Source: a virus (taxonomy: Duplodnaviria; Caudoviricetes). Taken from it: DNA of 47,140 nt. Shown here one piece after another: positions 18,601 to 27,790 of this stretch; within the stretch, counting starts at the first letter, position 1, and every line of letters begins with the position of its first letter. The stretch is taken from positions 1 to 47,140 of IMG/VR virus record IMGVR_UViG_3300043036_000090. One strand, written 5' to 3'. Under the pieces are notes generated by a model. It had not been told where the DNA came from, ran no database searches, and worked only from the letters and a program-made list of their open reading frames with translations. A program made the position numbers and the translations under genes.

Positions 18601-21184
18601 TAGAAGATAAAGCCGTTAAGGCAATATAATTGCTAGGGTTAGTTGCGTTATAAGGAGTGAATCCTAAAGCAGTTGTTACATCTCCAGATGATAATGTAAC
18701 AGCTCCTGTTCTAGTGTTAAAGCTAGTAACTCCACCTTGATATTCAGGAATATTTAAAACACCCGTAGTCGAATTGTAAGTCGCCGCACCACTTGTTCCT
18801 GTAGTAGTTAATGATATAGCAGCTCTTGCTAAAGCGTCTGTGTACTGAGTCAACGAAGTGCTAATAACTCCAGTTGTAGAATTGTAAGATATATTACCAG
18901 TAGCACTAATAGCGGCTCTAGCTAGTGCGTCTGTATATTGTGTAATCGTATTAGTAATTACACCAGTAGTGTTGTTATAGCTAATTCCTGTTCCCGCAGA
19001 TAATGATGTTAGAGCAATATAATTGCTAGGGTTAGTTGCGTTATACGGAGTGAATGTTAACGCAGTCGTTACATCAGAAGAAGTTAAAGTGATAGCACCT
19101 GTTCTTGTGTTAAAGCTAGTAACTCCGCCCTGATACTGAGGAATATTTAATGTGTTGCCAATAAACGTTGCAGCACCACTTGTTCCCGTAGTGGTTAATG
19201 TAATATCATCCTGCTTCGCGTCTAACGCTGACTGTAAGTCCGTTTGATTAGCAAGCGTTCCTGTAATGCCTCCCCAGATAGTCCCAACCGTAGGAGAAAC
19301 TTCAATGTAAGCAGAACCGCTCCAACGGTATATCTTATTGGTATCTAATGTAACGTAAATCTTACCCGTAGTTCCTGTCGCAGGAAGTGATGCTAAGTCA
19401 GCATATTCTAACACGTCATCCACGTAAGAAGGAAGCTGCGTAGAAGGAACTAATCCAGCGCCGTCTAGGCTTGCATATCCGTTCGCTATGCCCTTATTAG
19501 CTGCGTTCTCAGGAGTGTACCCCAGCGCAGTAGTTACATCGCCTGACGTAAGCGTTATTGCGCCCGTGCGGGTATTGAAACTTGTAACTCCACCTTGATA
19601 AGCAGGTATGTTTAAAACACCTGTAGTAGAGTCGTATGTAGCAGCACCAGATGTACCAGTAGTTGTTAAACTAATAGCCTGTCTAGCGCGTAAATTCGTA
19701 AAGTATAAGTTAGTGCCTTCCGCTAGGTTAGTTGTACTCTTAGCAGCAAGCGCTGTGTCGAATCTGCCTTGTGTGTAGTATAAGTTTGTTCCCTCCGTAA
19801 CAACCGTTGTATTTAGCGTTGCAACAGTACCATCCCCACGCATATACTGAAGCGTAGTTCCCGTAGCTGTAATTGCAATTGTACCACTTGTTGTAACGGG
19901 TGAATTGCTAACCGTAAACGCGGCAGGCATACTAACGCCAACACTAGTAACCGTACCAGTCTGCGCTCCAGCAGCAATTCCATCTAACTTAGTTTTATCA
20001 GCAGCACTCATTGCTCCAGCAGAACTTGTCGTTGCGCTAGATAAAGAAATAACCTGCGTAGATAAACTTAATCCGTTAGCAGTTCCAATAGTAACAGGAT
20101 TGTGAAAGCGAGAATCATTACCCTGTGCAATAGTACCACTAGTTGTTCCGTAAGCAGGAGACGTCGTAACTGTATTATTCGTAACTGCCGTTACAATACC
20201 ATTGCTACCTAAAATATTCAACGTAGAGTTTAATGGCACTAAGTCAGTATTCGTTCCATCAGAGATGTTAAACGACTTAGTCTCTAACGCAAATGCTGCT
20301 AAAGGAGCAGATGTGTAAGTATGTGTATTGTAAGGACGTAAGATGTCTAGCAACTGAGCTAAGATAGGCTCTGAACCATCTAACGTTGCAGACTCAAATC
20401 TTGCAATTAAGTGTGAGTACAACGCCATTACTAAATCATACTCTTCATTAAGAATATCAAACTGAGTATCGTTCGTTGTCTCGTACGCCTCAATTGCAGC
20501 GTGGTAGGTATTAATAAATCCAATTAACTGATACTGTGTAGGAGCCCTTTGTACATCAATAACCTGCTGTAACAAGTCAATATACAATACGCTCGCCCAA
20601 GTATCTGTTGAATGAGCATATGCCACAGAGACATCTGCTCTAGCAGTATATATTCCCTCGTAATAGTTTCCTGAAAATACTGGGGTAATTAAGTTACCCG
20701 TGCCCGTAACAGTAGTTCCCGACTGTGGCGTATTGCTAGGCATAACCGTAGTAAAAGTACGCGTCAACGTACCTGTAAAGCTGCCAATAGTTAAGTAAGA
20801 AGTGTTATCAAAGAACTTAACCTCTGGGAGCAACACATCCGACCCATCAACAATATTCTTCGTAGGCTTAACCCAATTAAAATTATTTGTTCTTGAAAGA
20901 TTATATCCGTTCAAAGATGTATCTAACGCAACAAAGTCAATCTTATAGTTACCTATGATTACAGCACCTGTACTATCTGTAACAAGTGTGATGTCAACAA
21001 AGCCTCCCGCAGCAGAAATATCAGGACTCGAAAAGTCTGTTTTGATTCGAGTAGAACCATCTGGAAAAGTTACCGAGAAGTTACCTTTTGCTAAAGTAAA
21101 CCCAGTTGAAGTATCTGTAAGGCGTAAAACTCGTGACTGAGTTTTCTCATTTATCCTGAATTGAGCGCTAAAGTTAACTGCCAT
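15683..21184 (-). CDS. Long tail fibre (~1833 aa)
   Basis: Thr/Gly-rich modular repeats and three C-terminal (E)RMRITxxGNVGIGTSSP units. Start moved to ATG 21184 because the TTG at 21211 lies inside a -7 promoter box. Confidence 0.8.
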   Translation of the reverse strand: MAVNFSAQFRINEKTQSRVLRLTDTSTGFTLAKGNFSVTFPDGSTRIKTDFSSPDISAAGGFVDITLVTDSTGAVIIGNYKIDFVALDTSLNGYNLSRTNNFNWVKPTKNIVDGSDVLLPEVKFFDNTSYLTIGSFTGTLTRTFTTVMPSNTPQSGTTVTGTGNLITPVFSGNYYEGIYTARADVSVAYAHSTDTWASVLYIDLLQQVIDVQRAPTQYQLIGFINTYHAAIEAYETTNDTQFDILNEEYDLVMALYSHLIARFESATLDGSEPILAQLLDILRPYNTHTYTSAPLAAFALETKSFNISDGTNTDLVPLNSTLNILGSNGIVTAVTNNTVTTSPAYGTTSGTIAQGNDSRFHNPVTIGTANGLSLSTQVISLSSATTSSAGAMSAADKTKLDGIAAGAQTGTVTSVGVSMPAAFTVSNSPVTTSGTIAITATGTTLQYMRGDGTVATLNTTVVTEGTNLYYTQGRFDTALAAKSTTNLAEGTNLYFTNLRARQAISLTTTGTSGAATYDSTTGVLNIPAYQGGVTSFNTRTGAITLTSGDVTTALGYTPENAANKGIANGYASLDGAGLVPSTQLPSYVDDVLEYADLASLPATGTTGKIYVTLDTNKIYRWSGSAYIEVSPTVGTIWGGITGTLANQTDLQSALDAKQDDITLTTTGTSGAATFIGNTLNIPQYQGGVTSFNTRTGAITLTSSDVTTALTFTPYNATNPSNYIALTSLSAGTGISYNNTTGVITNTITQYTDALARAAISATGNISYNSTTGVISTSLTQYTDALARAAISLTTTGTSGAATYNSTTGVLNIPEYQGGVTSFNTRTGAVTLSSGDVTTALGFTPYNATNPSNYIALTALSSTATGLTYTNTTGVFSLTTGYAIPTTVKQGNWDDAYTFVAAFPSQTSNGGKYLTTDGSTLSWGTVAAGVTSFNTRTGAITLSSSDVTTALGYTPVTNARTLTINGTTFDLTANRSWTVSGTLAAGGTAGQILSKIDATDYNTQWIDNYATQVKHDVKLGATIAKGKAVYVSSADGTNMIVSAASNASEATSSKVLGLTETGGVTNDIVKVVTEGLVAGLDTSTATAGDPVWLGTGGNLIFGLANKPVAPAHLVFIGVVTRVQSNNGEIFVNVQNGFEFEELHNVLLTSKADKDLVYYDSATSLWKNAQLTTVLGYTPYNATNPNNYIALTALSSTATGLTYTNTTGVFSLTSGYVIPTTSSATNWDTAYTNRITTLTTTGSSGSATLASNTLNIPTYTLAGLGGVPTTRTITINGTTYDLSADRTYTITPSASARAEQNFTATAGQTTFTITGGYVVGLVDVFINGARLLPTDYTATNGTTVVLGTGALLNDAVTVLNYTSTIAALPTSRDVIDYTATAAQTTFTVSGGYVVGLLDVYVNGSKLTSAEFTATNGTTFVLTDASVVGNQVQAIRYNSSINGVSGSGTANYVSKFTASGTVGNSIIYADANNVGINATPPTWFNNFKGLNLVNGSLITYSTNASLFLTQNAYFNAAGSWTYLNTGTAGQYSIDGTGNHVFYTAVSGTGGNAATLNERMRITAAGNVGIGTSSPNRSLVVSGGNLEQVVLISSNTTCGMSLNASNSTYSAYIGATSNDIVFQTLGNERMRITSAGNVGIGTSSPSDGFGGTIANVRLALRNGTPGSAGGTSVLLIGGDNNHYASITGSHTGGGNTYLSFATSTGAANPSEKMRITSGGNVGIGTSSPSSTLQVNGAITSNYGSFALPQASWTTVYTFNASDIMSGMFYFHTTGTHASGVCSFNKAYNGGGGALVIGGTAVQGSGNIQVSGNSIQVYQNVGAGTLGAQFWLTRTGGN
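18330..19680 (-). repeat. Internal repeats of the long fibre
   Basis: The unit LTTTGTSGAAT..LNIP.YQGGVTSFNTRTGA.TL.S.DVTTAL.(Y/F)TP occurs three times in full plus partial copies, with diverged synonymous sites. Confidence 0.85.
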
Positions 21185-21208
21185 TTTAAAGCGAGAATAG
21201 TTTTGCCT

Positions 21209-21216
21209 CAAAGATA
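21209..21216 (-). promoter_or_regulatory. -7 promoter box TATCTTTG for the fibre operon
   Basis: Consensus box just downstream of the terminator. Confidence 0.55.
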
Positions 21217-21230
21217 ACTATTTTTCTGAT

Positions 21231-21265
21231 AAAAAAAGAAAGGAGCCACAATATGTGACTCCCTC
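21231..21265 (-). terminator. Intrinsic terminator
   Basis: GGAGTCACA-TAT-TGTGGCTCC stem-loop followed by TTTCTTTTTTT. Confidence 0.8.
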
Positions 21266-21304
21266 TAAACAACCGAAACCAAACAATCTATCCTGTTGTC
21301 GGAT

Positions 21305-22120
21305 TTACCCCAAACGGGTCTTGATGGCGTTTAGCTCATCTGGATTGTTTTCTTCTAGGTAATCGGCTAGTTCCTTGACATAATTCTTATTAGGGGACTT
21401 TTTGTACTTGTAAATCTCCTTATGAGTTTCTGCCCACTCAAATACTTGTGAGTTTAAATTGTTTAAAATAATACCCTTCTTAATTGCCTCTTTTAATAAA
21501 GACTCAATCTCGACAGTAGCGCGTTCGGCAACTTCTAAGAACTCAGAAGGATTGTCCTCCGCGTAGTCTTCTAACAAGTTACGAACTTCTTCCATACTTT
21601 CTGCATCAATACCTAAAGCCATTGCAACTTCCTTAGCCTTTTTCTCTTCCATTTCAATCGCTAAATTAACCGCCTTAACGATTAACTTACGAACAGAACG
21701 CTCTTGGATTGCTTCCTTCTTAGTATCTACGCGGTGAAAATGAACTTCAGCCTCTCCGTTTTTATTCGGATTGCTATCATTGTAATTACACAACTCTAAA
21801 AATTGATAAATTTTCTGATGAACAGCATTCTTTCCATCAAGAAATAAGTATCCAAAGTTAGATGCGGTAAATACAATGTTTAAAAATACTGCATTCCCAT
21901 CATTGTCAGTACGCTCAATAGCGGCAATAGTAACAAAGTCTTTCTTTCCTTTGTCATAAATAACGTCTGTAGAAGGGATTTGCAATGCGGATGGCATCAA
22001 GAACTTCCCATAATTATCTGGGTCAGGACGCACATTATTAACTCGGTAGGTAGCTCGTTCGTTTTGAGCTAGCTTTCTCTCCATATCTGGAGACAGCTGA
22101 TTGTATTCAGATGCTTTCAT
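21305..22120 (-). CDS. Conserved hypothetical protein downstream of the capsid gene
   Basis: 271-aa ORF with an AACCAAACA leader. Function not recognised. Confidence 0.6.
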   Translation of the reverse strand: MKASEYNQLSPDMERKLAQNERATYRVNNVRPDPDNYGKFLMPSALQIPSTDVIYDKGKKDFVTIAAIERTDNDGNAVFLNIVFTASNFGYLFLDGKNAVHQKIYQFLELCNYNDSNPNKNGEAEVHFHRVDTKKEAIQERSVRKLIVKAVNLAIEMEEKKAKEVAMALGIDAESMEEVRNLLEDYAEDNPSEFLEVAERATVEIESLLKEAIKKGIILNNLNSQVFEWAETHKEIYKYKKSPNKNYVKELADYLEENNPDELNAIKTRLG

Positions 22121-22126
22121 TTCTTT

Positions 22127-22903
22127 TTATTGTTTGGTTTTATAATTAACTCCGTCAAAAGTAGCACCTTTTTTTAAATTATCCAATTGCCACATAGGTT
22201 GCAAATTTAAATAATGATTAGAAGCCATTATTTCTTCTTCCGTGCTTGCCATAGCTAGTGGTTTAATATGGTCTATATGCCATCCATTTATCCCATAATT
22301 ATCCCAAGTCATTCCTTCTGTGAATTGTTTTTCTATATGAAGTTTTAGTTCTTCATAAGAACAACCTATTATTTCTTGTGTCCGCTTGCATTTACCGTCA
22401 AACATATACCTAGACACCATTTTTCTGGTATTCTTTGTTAAACGGAATAATGGGTCAGTTGCACGACGATTTTTTTCATAAATAGCCTTTTTTGCATTTA
22501 TTTTAGGTCTATTATTTTTTGCATATTGAGACTTCTTGGTTAATAAAGAATCTTTATTTTCTTCAACGTATTTTTTATATTTCTCAGATAACCTTTCAGC
22601 ATTTTCTTGACCCCATTGCTTTTTATAATCAGCTATTTTTTGCTTATTTTCTTCTCTATACTTTTTATCATATTCAGATTTTGTTTCTTTTGTTTTTTCT
22701 GCATAAGATTTTGCCCTAGCTAAGTTTTCTTCCCTTTTTTTATAATAAGACAACCTAGCTCCCTCTCTTCGTTTTTCTAAATTATTTAATCTGTCAGCTT
22801 TTTGCTTCTTGTTTGTACATTCTTTACACGAGCCCATATTTGGTTTATGATATTGCTCGATTATTAATTCTTGATTGCAGGTTTTACAAATTTTTGTTCT
22901 CAT
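22127..22903 (-). CDS. Free-standing HNH-type endonuclease (homing endonuclease-like)
   Basis: N-terminal CxxC..CxxC, Lys-rich helical repeats, and C-terminal MTWDNYG..WHIDHIKPL..NHYLNLQPMW..DNLKKG. Visibly more AT-rich than its neighbours. Confidence 0.8.
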   Translation of the reverse strand: MRTKICKTCNQELIIEQYHKPNMGSCKECTNKKQKADRLNNLEKRREGARLSYYKKREENLARAKSYAEKTKETKSEYDKKYREENKQKIADYKKQWGQENAERLSEKYKKYVEENKDSLLTKKSQYAKNNRPKINAKKAIYEKNRRATDPLFRLTKNTRKMVSRYMFDGKCKRTQEIIGCSYEELKLHIEKQFTEGMTWDNYGINGWHIDHIKPLAMASTEEEIMASNHYLNLQPMWQLDNLKKGATFDGVNYKTKQ

Positions 22904-22923
22904 TTTTTTATTGTTTGGTTACG

Positions 22924-22954
22924 CAAATGTAATGAACATTTTGCAATAAACAAT
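22924..22954 (-). promoter_or_regulatory. Bacteroidota-type promoter
   Basis: ATTG (22954-22951), 19-bp spacer, TACATTTG (22931-22924). Confidence 0.65.
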
Positions 22955-22962
22955 ATATTCAT

Positions 22963-22992
22963 AAAAAAAGAGGAGAATTTCTTCTCCCCTCT
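22963..22992 (-). terminator. Terminator after the major capsid gene
   Basis: GGGGAGAA-GAAA-TTCTCCTC followed by T7. Confidence 0.8.
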
Positions 22993-23017
22993 CTTTAAAA
23001 ATTGCACTATTCTATGA

Positions 23018-24349
23018 TTAAATAGAAAATTTAACGAAGTGCTCGTTCCCCACGGTCTCAAGACCCTCGATACTCGTGTACACGATATCAAGTGTATCAG
23101 TATCAGAAGTTGGAGTTGGAGCTAAGCCACCAAGCATTTTCTCACGGAAGCGAGAATTTAAGCCTTCTGGCATCTCTAGGTAACGAACCATCATACGGTC
23201 TACTTGACCACCACCTTGCTCAACCTTAATCTTTCCAGCAGGAACTAAGTACGCCTCTTTTGTGAAAGTAGTTGTACCACCTACTGAAGTGATTTGTGGG
23301 TGAGATAAAGCGTTAAGACGCTTCTTGTGGAAAGTACGTCCAAATGCAGCTAAAGATTGAACACCTAAAGCAATAGCAACGTCTTTCTTACCACCGTAAG
23401 AAGCATAGTTTACTGCACCATTAATGAATTGAGTAGCACCAGTGATTTGAGAATCAAAAGCGTTATCAAAGTCAGCACCAGCCCATAATTGGTATTCTGA
23501 AGGGCAACGGTTAGCATCCATCAAACGAGATAATGCAGCGATATCAGACAATAACAAAGTACCACCAGTTGCAACTGAAGATGAAATACCACCAGCATTA
23601 ACGATAGTGTCACGCAAACCGCGAGTTGTATTGATAGCGTTACCAGAAGCATCAGTTAATCCAGCTGACTCACGTCCAAATAATACTGAATAAAGGATGT
23701 CCATACGGTGCTTCAAATACGCATCGTGCTGCTGCTTCAAGAAGTAGTAAGGCTTACCTTTGAATTCAACTTCGATTTTAGAACCGTAAGCGATATCAGT
23801 GATAGAAGTCTTAGTCTTGAAGATTTGCAATTTGTTAGAACGCTTAATCAAATCAGACTTACGCATTTGGTTAGAACCAGTTCCTTCCGCATATGCGTTA
23901 GACATAAATGACAACTTAGAACCTGTTGTAGCAGCAGGGATAGCATCAGCAGAGTTAACTGGCTTAACAGTGATAACGAAGTCAGTAGCTGAAGAAACAG
24001 CAGATACATAACCTACAACACCGTTAGCGAACAAGATTAACTCGCCAACTACAGGCTTAACAGAAGTAGAACCAACACAAGTAATGTCTACAGAAGCTCC
24101 AGCAGCTCCAGCAGAAGTGCCAGGAGTTTTAACTGTAGCAGTAGCATACAAGAAGTTGTTCTGTACTGTAAAATACTCAGTTTGAGCAGTAGCCTTAGCC
24201 TTACCTGTCCAATCTAAGATGTCCAACATAGACGCTTCCTCATCATAGATGTCAAGAACGTCCTTTAAAATTTCACGTTGCTCTAACGTGTTTGTAAATG
24301 ATACCGTCGATAAAAACGTACGGTCAATATTACCTGCTCCAATAGCCAT
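23018..24349 (-). CDS. Major capsid protein
   Basis: 443 aa, in the order portal-scaffold-this gene-terminator. AYAEGT, SNKLQIFK, LFGR and TTRGL motifs typical of HK97-fold capsid proteins, with strongly biased codons. Confidence 0.8.
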   Translation of the reverse strand: MAIGAGNIDRTFLSTVSFTNTLEQREILKDVLDIYDEEASMLDILDWTGKAKATAQTEYFTVQNNFLYATATVKTPGTSAGAAGASVDITCVGSTSVKPVVGELILFANGVVGYVSAVSSATDFVITVKPVNSADAIPAATTGSKLSFMSNAYAEGTGSNQMRKSDLIKRSNKLQIFKTKTSITDIAYGSKIEVEFKGKPYYFLKQQHDAYLKHRMDILYSVLFGRESAGLTDASGNAINTTRGLRDTIVNAGGISSSVATGGTLLLSDIAALSRLMDANRCPSEYQLWAGADFDNAFDSQITGATQFINGAVNYASYGGKKDVAIALGVQSLAAFGRTFHKKRLNALSHPQITSVGGTTTFTKEAYLVPAGKIKVEQGGGQVDRMMVRYLEMPEGLNSRFREKMLGGLAPTPTSDTDTLDIVYTSIEGLETVGNEHFVKFSI

Positions 24350-24376
24350 TGTAATAATAATTTAATTGTGAATAAC

Positions 24377-25456
24377 TTATTTTCTAACAGTCATTCCTTT
24401 TAAGAAATCTACAGGGTTATCAAATGGATTACTATAATCGTTATTTTCAATAACCTCTTTTGAGTTCGTTGGTGGAGTGACATTTTTTAATTCTGACTCC
24501 ATCGCTTTACGACCCAAAGACTTTCCGTGCTTAATGAGTTCACTTATAAATTGAGTTGGGTTCTCTGCGAACGCAACTACCTTAGTCCATTTATCCCAAT
24601 CCACATTTCCATCTTTAGCAAAAGTCGATAGAAATTTACTTGAATCTATGGCGTAATCAACAATTTTACTAGTATCAGCCACTTGGTAATTAATTCCTTC
24701 ACCGTTAGCCTCCAACTTAATTAAGCTGTCTTTAACCACATTACTAACTCCTGATTGCACAGCAGCTCTAGCTTGCGCTTGTTGAGCTTCTATTTCTTCT
24801 GGAGAAACTTGTTGTACTTGTTCCTGATTTGCAGGCTGAATTGACTGGATGAACTTTTGTTGTTCTTCCTTGAGGTTTTTTCTAAGCTTATTAGCATCTC
24901 GCATTAACAAAGCTTTACCTACCTCTGCGTCATCTTCATCATACGCGTCAAGATTGTATTTTTCAAGTTCTTTTTCAAAAAGTTTTGTGCGCGCTCTTTC
25001 ACTTAAATCATTATTCTGCTTATCAAACTCAGCTTTAACTAAGTCTAAGTCAGACACAGAATCATAATCTACAGTAGCCGCTTCCAAATAAGGTTGTAGT
25101 GTACCATACGTCTCGTAGTATTCTACAGCTTTCTTAATGAAATCGTCCTTGAATTTATATTCAGATGGCTCAGTAGGCGCTTCTTGGTTTGTGTCTTCTA
25201 GTGTTCCCGCCTCTGGGGTAACGTTAGATTCTTCATCTCCAGCTTCTACTGAACCTTCTGTAATACTTTCATAATTTACCTGAGCCTCCTCGTTCGGAGT
25301 CCCATCTTCAATAGAATCATCATTTCCTTCAGTTTCACTGCTAGCATCTTCGCTAGTAACTTGTTCTGAAGCTGGGGTAATGTCCCTAACTGTTGATTCT
25401 TGCGTTCCCTCATTATTGGGCAATAATTCGTCCAAATTAATTACGTTCTCTTCCAT
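24377..25456 (-). CDS. Putative scaffolding protein
   Basis: Very acidic disordered N-terminus followed by coiled coil. Lies between portal and capsid genes. Confidence 0.65.
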   Translation of the reverse strand: MEENVINLDELLPNNEGTQESTVRDITPASEQVTSEDASSETEGNDDSIEDGTPNEEAQVNYESITEGSVEAGDEESNVTPEAGTLEDTNQEAPTEPSEYKFKDDFIKKAVEYYETYGTLQPYLEAATVDYDSVSDLDLVKAEFDKQNNDLSERARTKLFEKELEKYNLDAYDEDDAEVGKALLMRDANKLRKNLKEEQQKFIQSIQPANQEQVQQVSPEEIEAQQAQARAAVQSGVSNVVKDSLIKLEANGEGINYQVADTSKIVDYAIDSSKFLSTFAKDGNVDWDKWTKVVAFAENPTQFISELIKHGKSLGRKAMESELKNVTPPTNSKEVIENNDYSNPFDNPVDFLKGMTVRK

Positions 25457-25476
25457 TTATTGTTTGGTTTTCGGTA

Positions 25477-25484
25477 CAAATGTA
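25477..25484 (-). promoter_or_regulatory. -7 promoter box TACATTTG for scaffold/capsid
   Basis: Consensus box in the 32-bp intergenic gap. Confidence 0.55.
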
Positions 25485-25488
25485 TAAA

Positions 25489-27786
25489 TTACTTCTCGGT
25501 ATTTCCTAAATCTTTTTCACCCTTTTTTATTTGGGCGATGTATTCACGGCTATTTGCCTCAATCTTACTCATATTAATTTTACCCTCAACCTTCATCGCT
25601 TCAATCTGAGCTAGTTGCTGCATCTTAGCTAATTCAACCTGCAATTCAAGCTCTTTTTCTTTCTGAATAACAGCCATCTTAGCTTGCATTTCAACTTGTA
25701 GAGTTTGTTGCTTAGCAGCCTCCGCAGCCTGAGCAGATTGCATTTGAATCTGTCCATTCATCTGCTGTTGCTCCATTGCGCGTTTTTGTGCGTCGTCTTG
25801 GTTTTTACGTATTTTATTACCCAATAAAACTTCTGCATACTTTAGGTTTTCAATATTTTCTATCATCATAGCATCAGCTAATGTGATTTGATTTGATTGA
25901 ATAGCCTGCTCAATACGTCTTGACAATTTTTCTTTTTCAAATTCTGTTGGCTTTTGACGAACCATCAAACCACATTCGTGAGACGAAACATTTGGGTCTA
26001 ATTTAAAGAACTGAACTGATTCACTTCCAAGTGCTCTTATGTATCCAGAGATAGAACCATTTAGCGCTGAGTCTTGAATTCTTAGTGTTAGGTCTGTGCA
26101 TAATCTTTCTAGCAAATCCCTCTCAGCTCTTTTAATAAAGTCAAGTGAGTTGTTAGTAGACTCTGAAGCATACTTAGCCACTCCATTTAAGGTACGTGGG
26201 TCAGGGGTAGAACCGTCTGTAATTTCATTAAATCCTAAAATATCCCTAAGCAATTCAATATTCTGCTTAATGATATTGAAATACTGAACAGCCTCGTTTC
26301 CAATTCCGTTTTCAAGTTCTTCAATCGGCTTGTAATTACTTGCTTGCCCTTCATCATTAAGTCTTCTGTAAACAAGGGTACCAGTTTGATTATATAAATC
26401 TAATATCTCTGAAGGCTTGAGTGCTCTACCTGCTTTTCCTAATGGCACTCCTTCTAACGAGCCAATCTCAATCATTATGCCACGAGGCTTAGCGCGTAAC
26501 ATAACATTTTGTAGCTTGTAGTATGCTAATTGAATCTGGTCTGCAATACTTTTCATTTGGTCTCCTAACGAGTAGGTAGACATTTGATACATATTTGGAG
26601 CAGAAATATGATACATAAGAGTCGTGTCAGTCAAGTTAGACTTTGCACGTTTCATATTTGTTGCAAGCTCGCAGTCAAAGAAAAATTCAGAACCAACAAC
26701 CCACTTACCCTTGTACACTACTTTGTAGTCTGTCTTTGAGTATGTTTTATCTTTACGTGAGTTCTTAATTTTATTTGCGCGTCCAACAACTTTGTTTCCT
26801 TTTGAGTTAACTCGCTCCTCAAGAATAATACTGTTGTACGAATAAAATTCTAAGTCTAGTACCTTGATTCTAAATCCGTCATAGATTCCGTCGTAGTTAC
26901 TGTTAAGGTCGCGTAGTGTAGAAGTGTTGTTGTATTTATTAGAATATTTTTCTGCAATTATCTGATACTGTTCTTCAGTAAACTTATTTCCAGCCATCTG
27001 CTTGAGGTCAGAAATAGTCATCTCAATTACCTCTCCAATATACTGAACGTCCTTAAAGTTAGGGTCAGTCGTGTAGCTCATAATTAAATTCATCGGATTT
27101 ACGCGACGAATCTTAATGTTGTTATGCGCATCAAAATATTCTTTGTAACCTCCAATGCCCCAATCGTGAAGGTCTTCTATTACCTTTAAACGCTCACTTT
27201 CGAACCTATTTAGATTCATTACTAATTGCAATGCTTGCTCCATTTCAATTGCTAATCGATGCTTGTATGAATAGTTCATATACATATCAAGCTCTTGCAT
27301 ATCTTCAACAGGAGCTTCAGGAGCAGGAATTAATTCTGGGTCTAAGCCTTGGCTTTCAAATTCTTTTTTAAGAATAAGTTTTGCAGCGTTATCTGCATAA
27401 AAAGATTTCTTATCGTCTTGAGCTACTGGGTCAATAGCGTCTACTGAAATGTTGTAATCAGTCTTGAATAAAGTAGCAAGTGCTATACGACGGAACTTAG
27501 GGATAATTGGTAAGATGTCCCAGTTGATATTAATCCAAGACTGGTCTTCATTAGCAACGTCACGCGGTTGTAACAATTTTTTGTACCTGCTAACAGATTG
27601 CTTGCCGTACATATACAGCTTAATCTCGTGGTACTTATCTCGCCCATTGTACATCTGGTTAGGATAGTAAGCAGAGAAATCCATCCAAGCTGCTTTCAAA
27701 TATTGTGCTATCCATTTCTCATCCTTCAGTGACGCATCAATTGTGTGCGAAGGAAAATTGTTAATCGTGTTTGCGTTTTCTGCCAT
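25489..27786 (-). CDS. Portal protein
   Basis: 765 aa directly after TerL. INWDILPIIPKF and LGFNEITDGSTP motifs plus a Gln-rich C-terminal barrel helix, as in podoviral/crAss-like portals. Confidence 0.8.
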   Translation of the reverse strand: MAENANTINNFPSHTIDASLKDEKWIAQYLKAAWMDFSAYYPNQMYNGRDKYHEIKLYMYGKQSVSRYKKLLQPRDVANEDQSWININWDILPIIPKFRRIALATLFKTDYNISVDAIDPVAQDDKKSFYADNAAKLILKKEFESQGLDPELIPAPEAPVEDMQELDMYMNYSYKHRLAIEMEQALQLVMNLNRFESERLKVIEDLHDWGIGGYKEYFDAHNNIKIRRVNPMNLIMSYTTDPNFKDVQYIGEVIEMTISDLKQMAGNKFTEEQYQIIAEKYSNKYNNTSTLRDLNSNYDGIYDGFRIKVLDLEFYSYNSIILEERVNSKGNKVVGRANKIKNSRKDKTYSKTDYKVVYKGKWVVGSEFFFDCELATNMKRAKSNLTDTTLMYHISAPNMYQMSTYSLGDQMKSIADQIQLAYYKLQNVMLRAKPRGIMIEIGSLEGVPLGKAGRALKPSEILDLYNQTGTLVYRRLNDEGQASNYKPIEELENGIGNEAVQYFNIIKQNIELLRDILGFNEITDGSTPDPRTLNGVAKYASESTNNSLDFIKRAERDLLERLCTDLTLRIQDSALNGSISGYIRALGSESVQFFKLDPNVSSHECGLMVRQKPTEFEKEKLSRRIEQAIQSNQITLADAMMIENIENLKYAEVLLGNKIRKNQDDAQKRAMEQQQMNGQIQMQSAQAAEAAKQQTLQVEMQAKMAVIQKEKELELQVELAKMQQLAQIEAMKVEGKINMSKIEANSREYIAQIKKGEKDLGNTEK

Positions 27787-27790
27787 AATC

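Noticed and set aside
9602-21184. Diversity-generating retroelement or invertible shufflon acting on fibres
   Set aside because: No reverse transcriptase or recombinase in the window, no adenine-specific TR/VR pair noticed, and all modules are in the same orientation.
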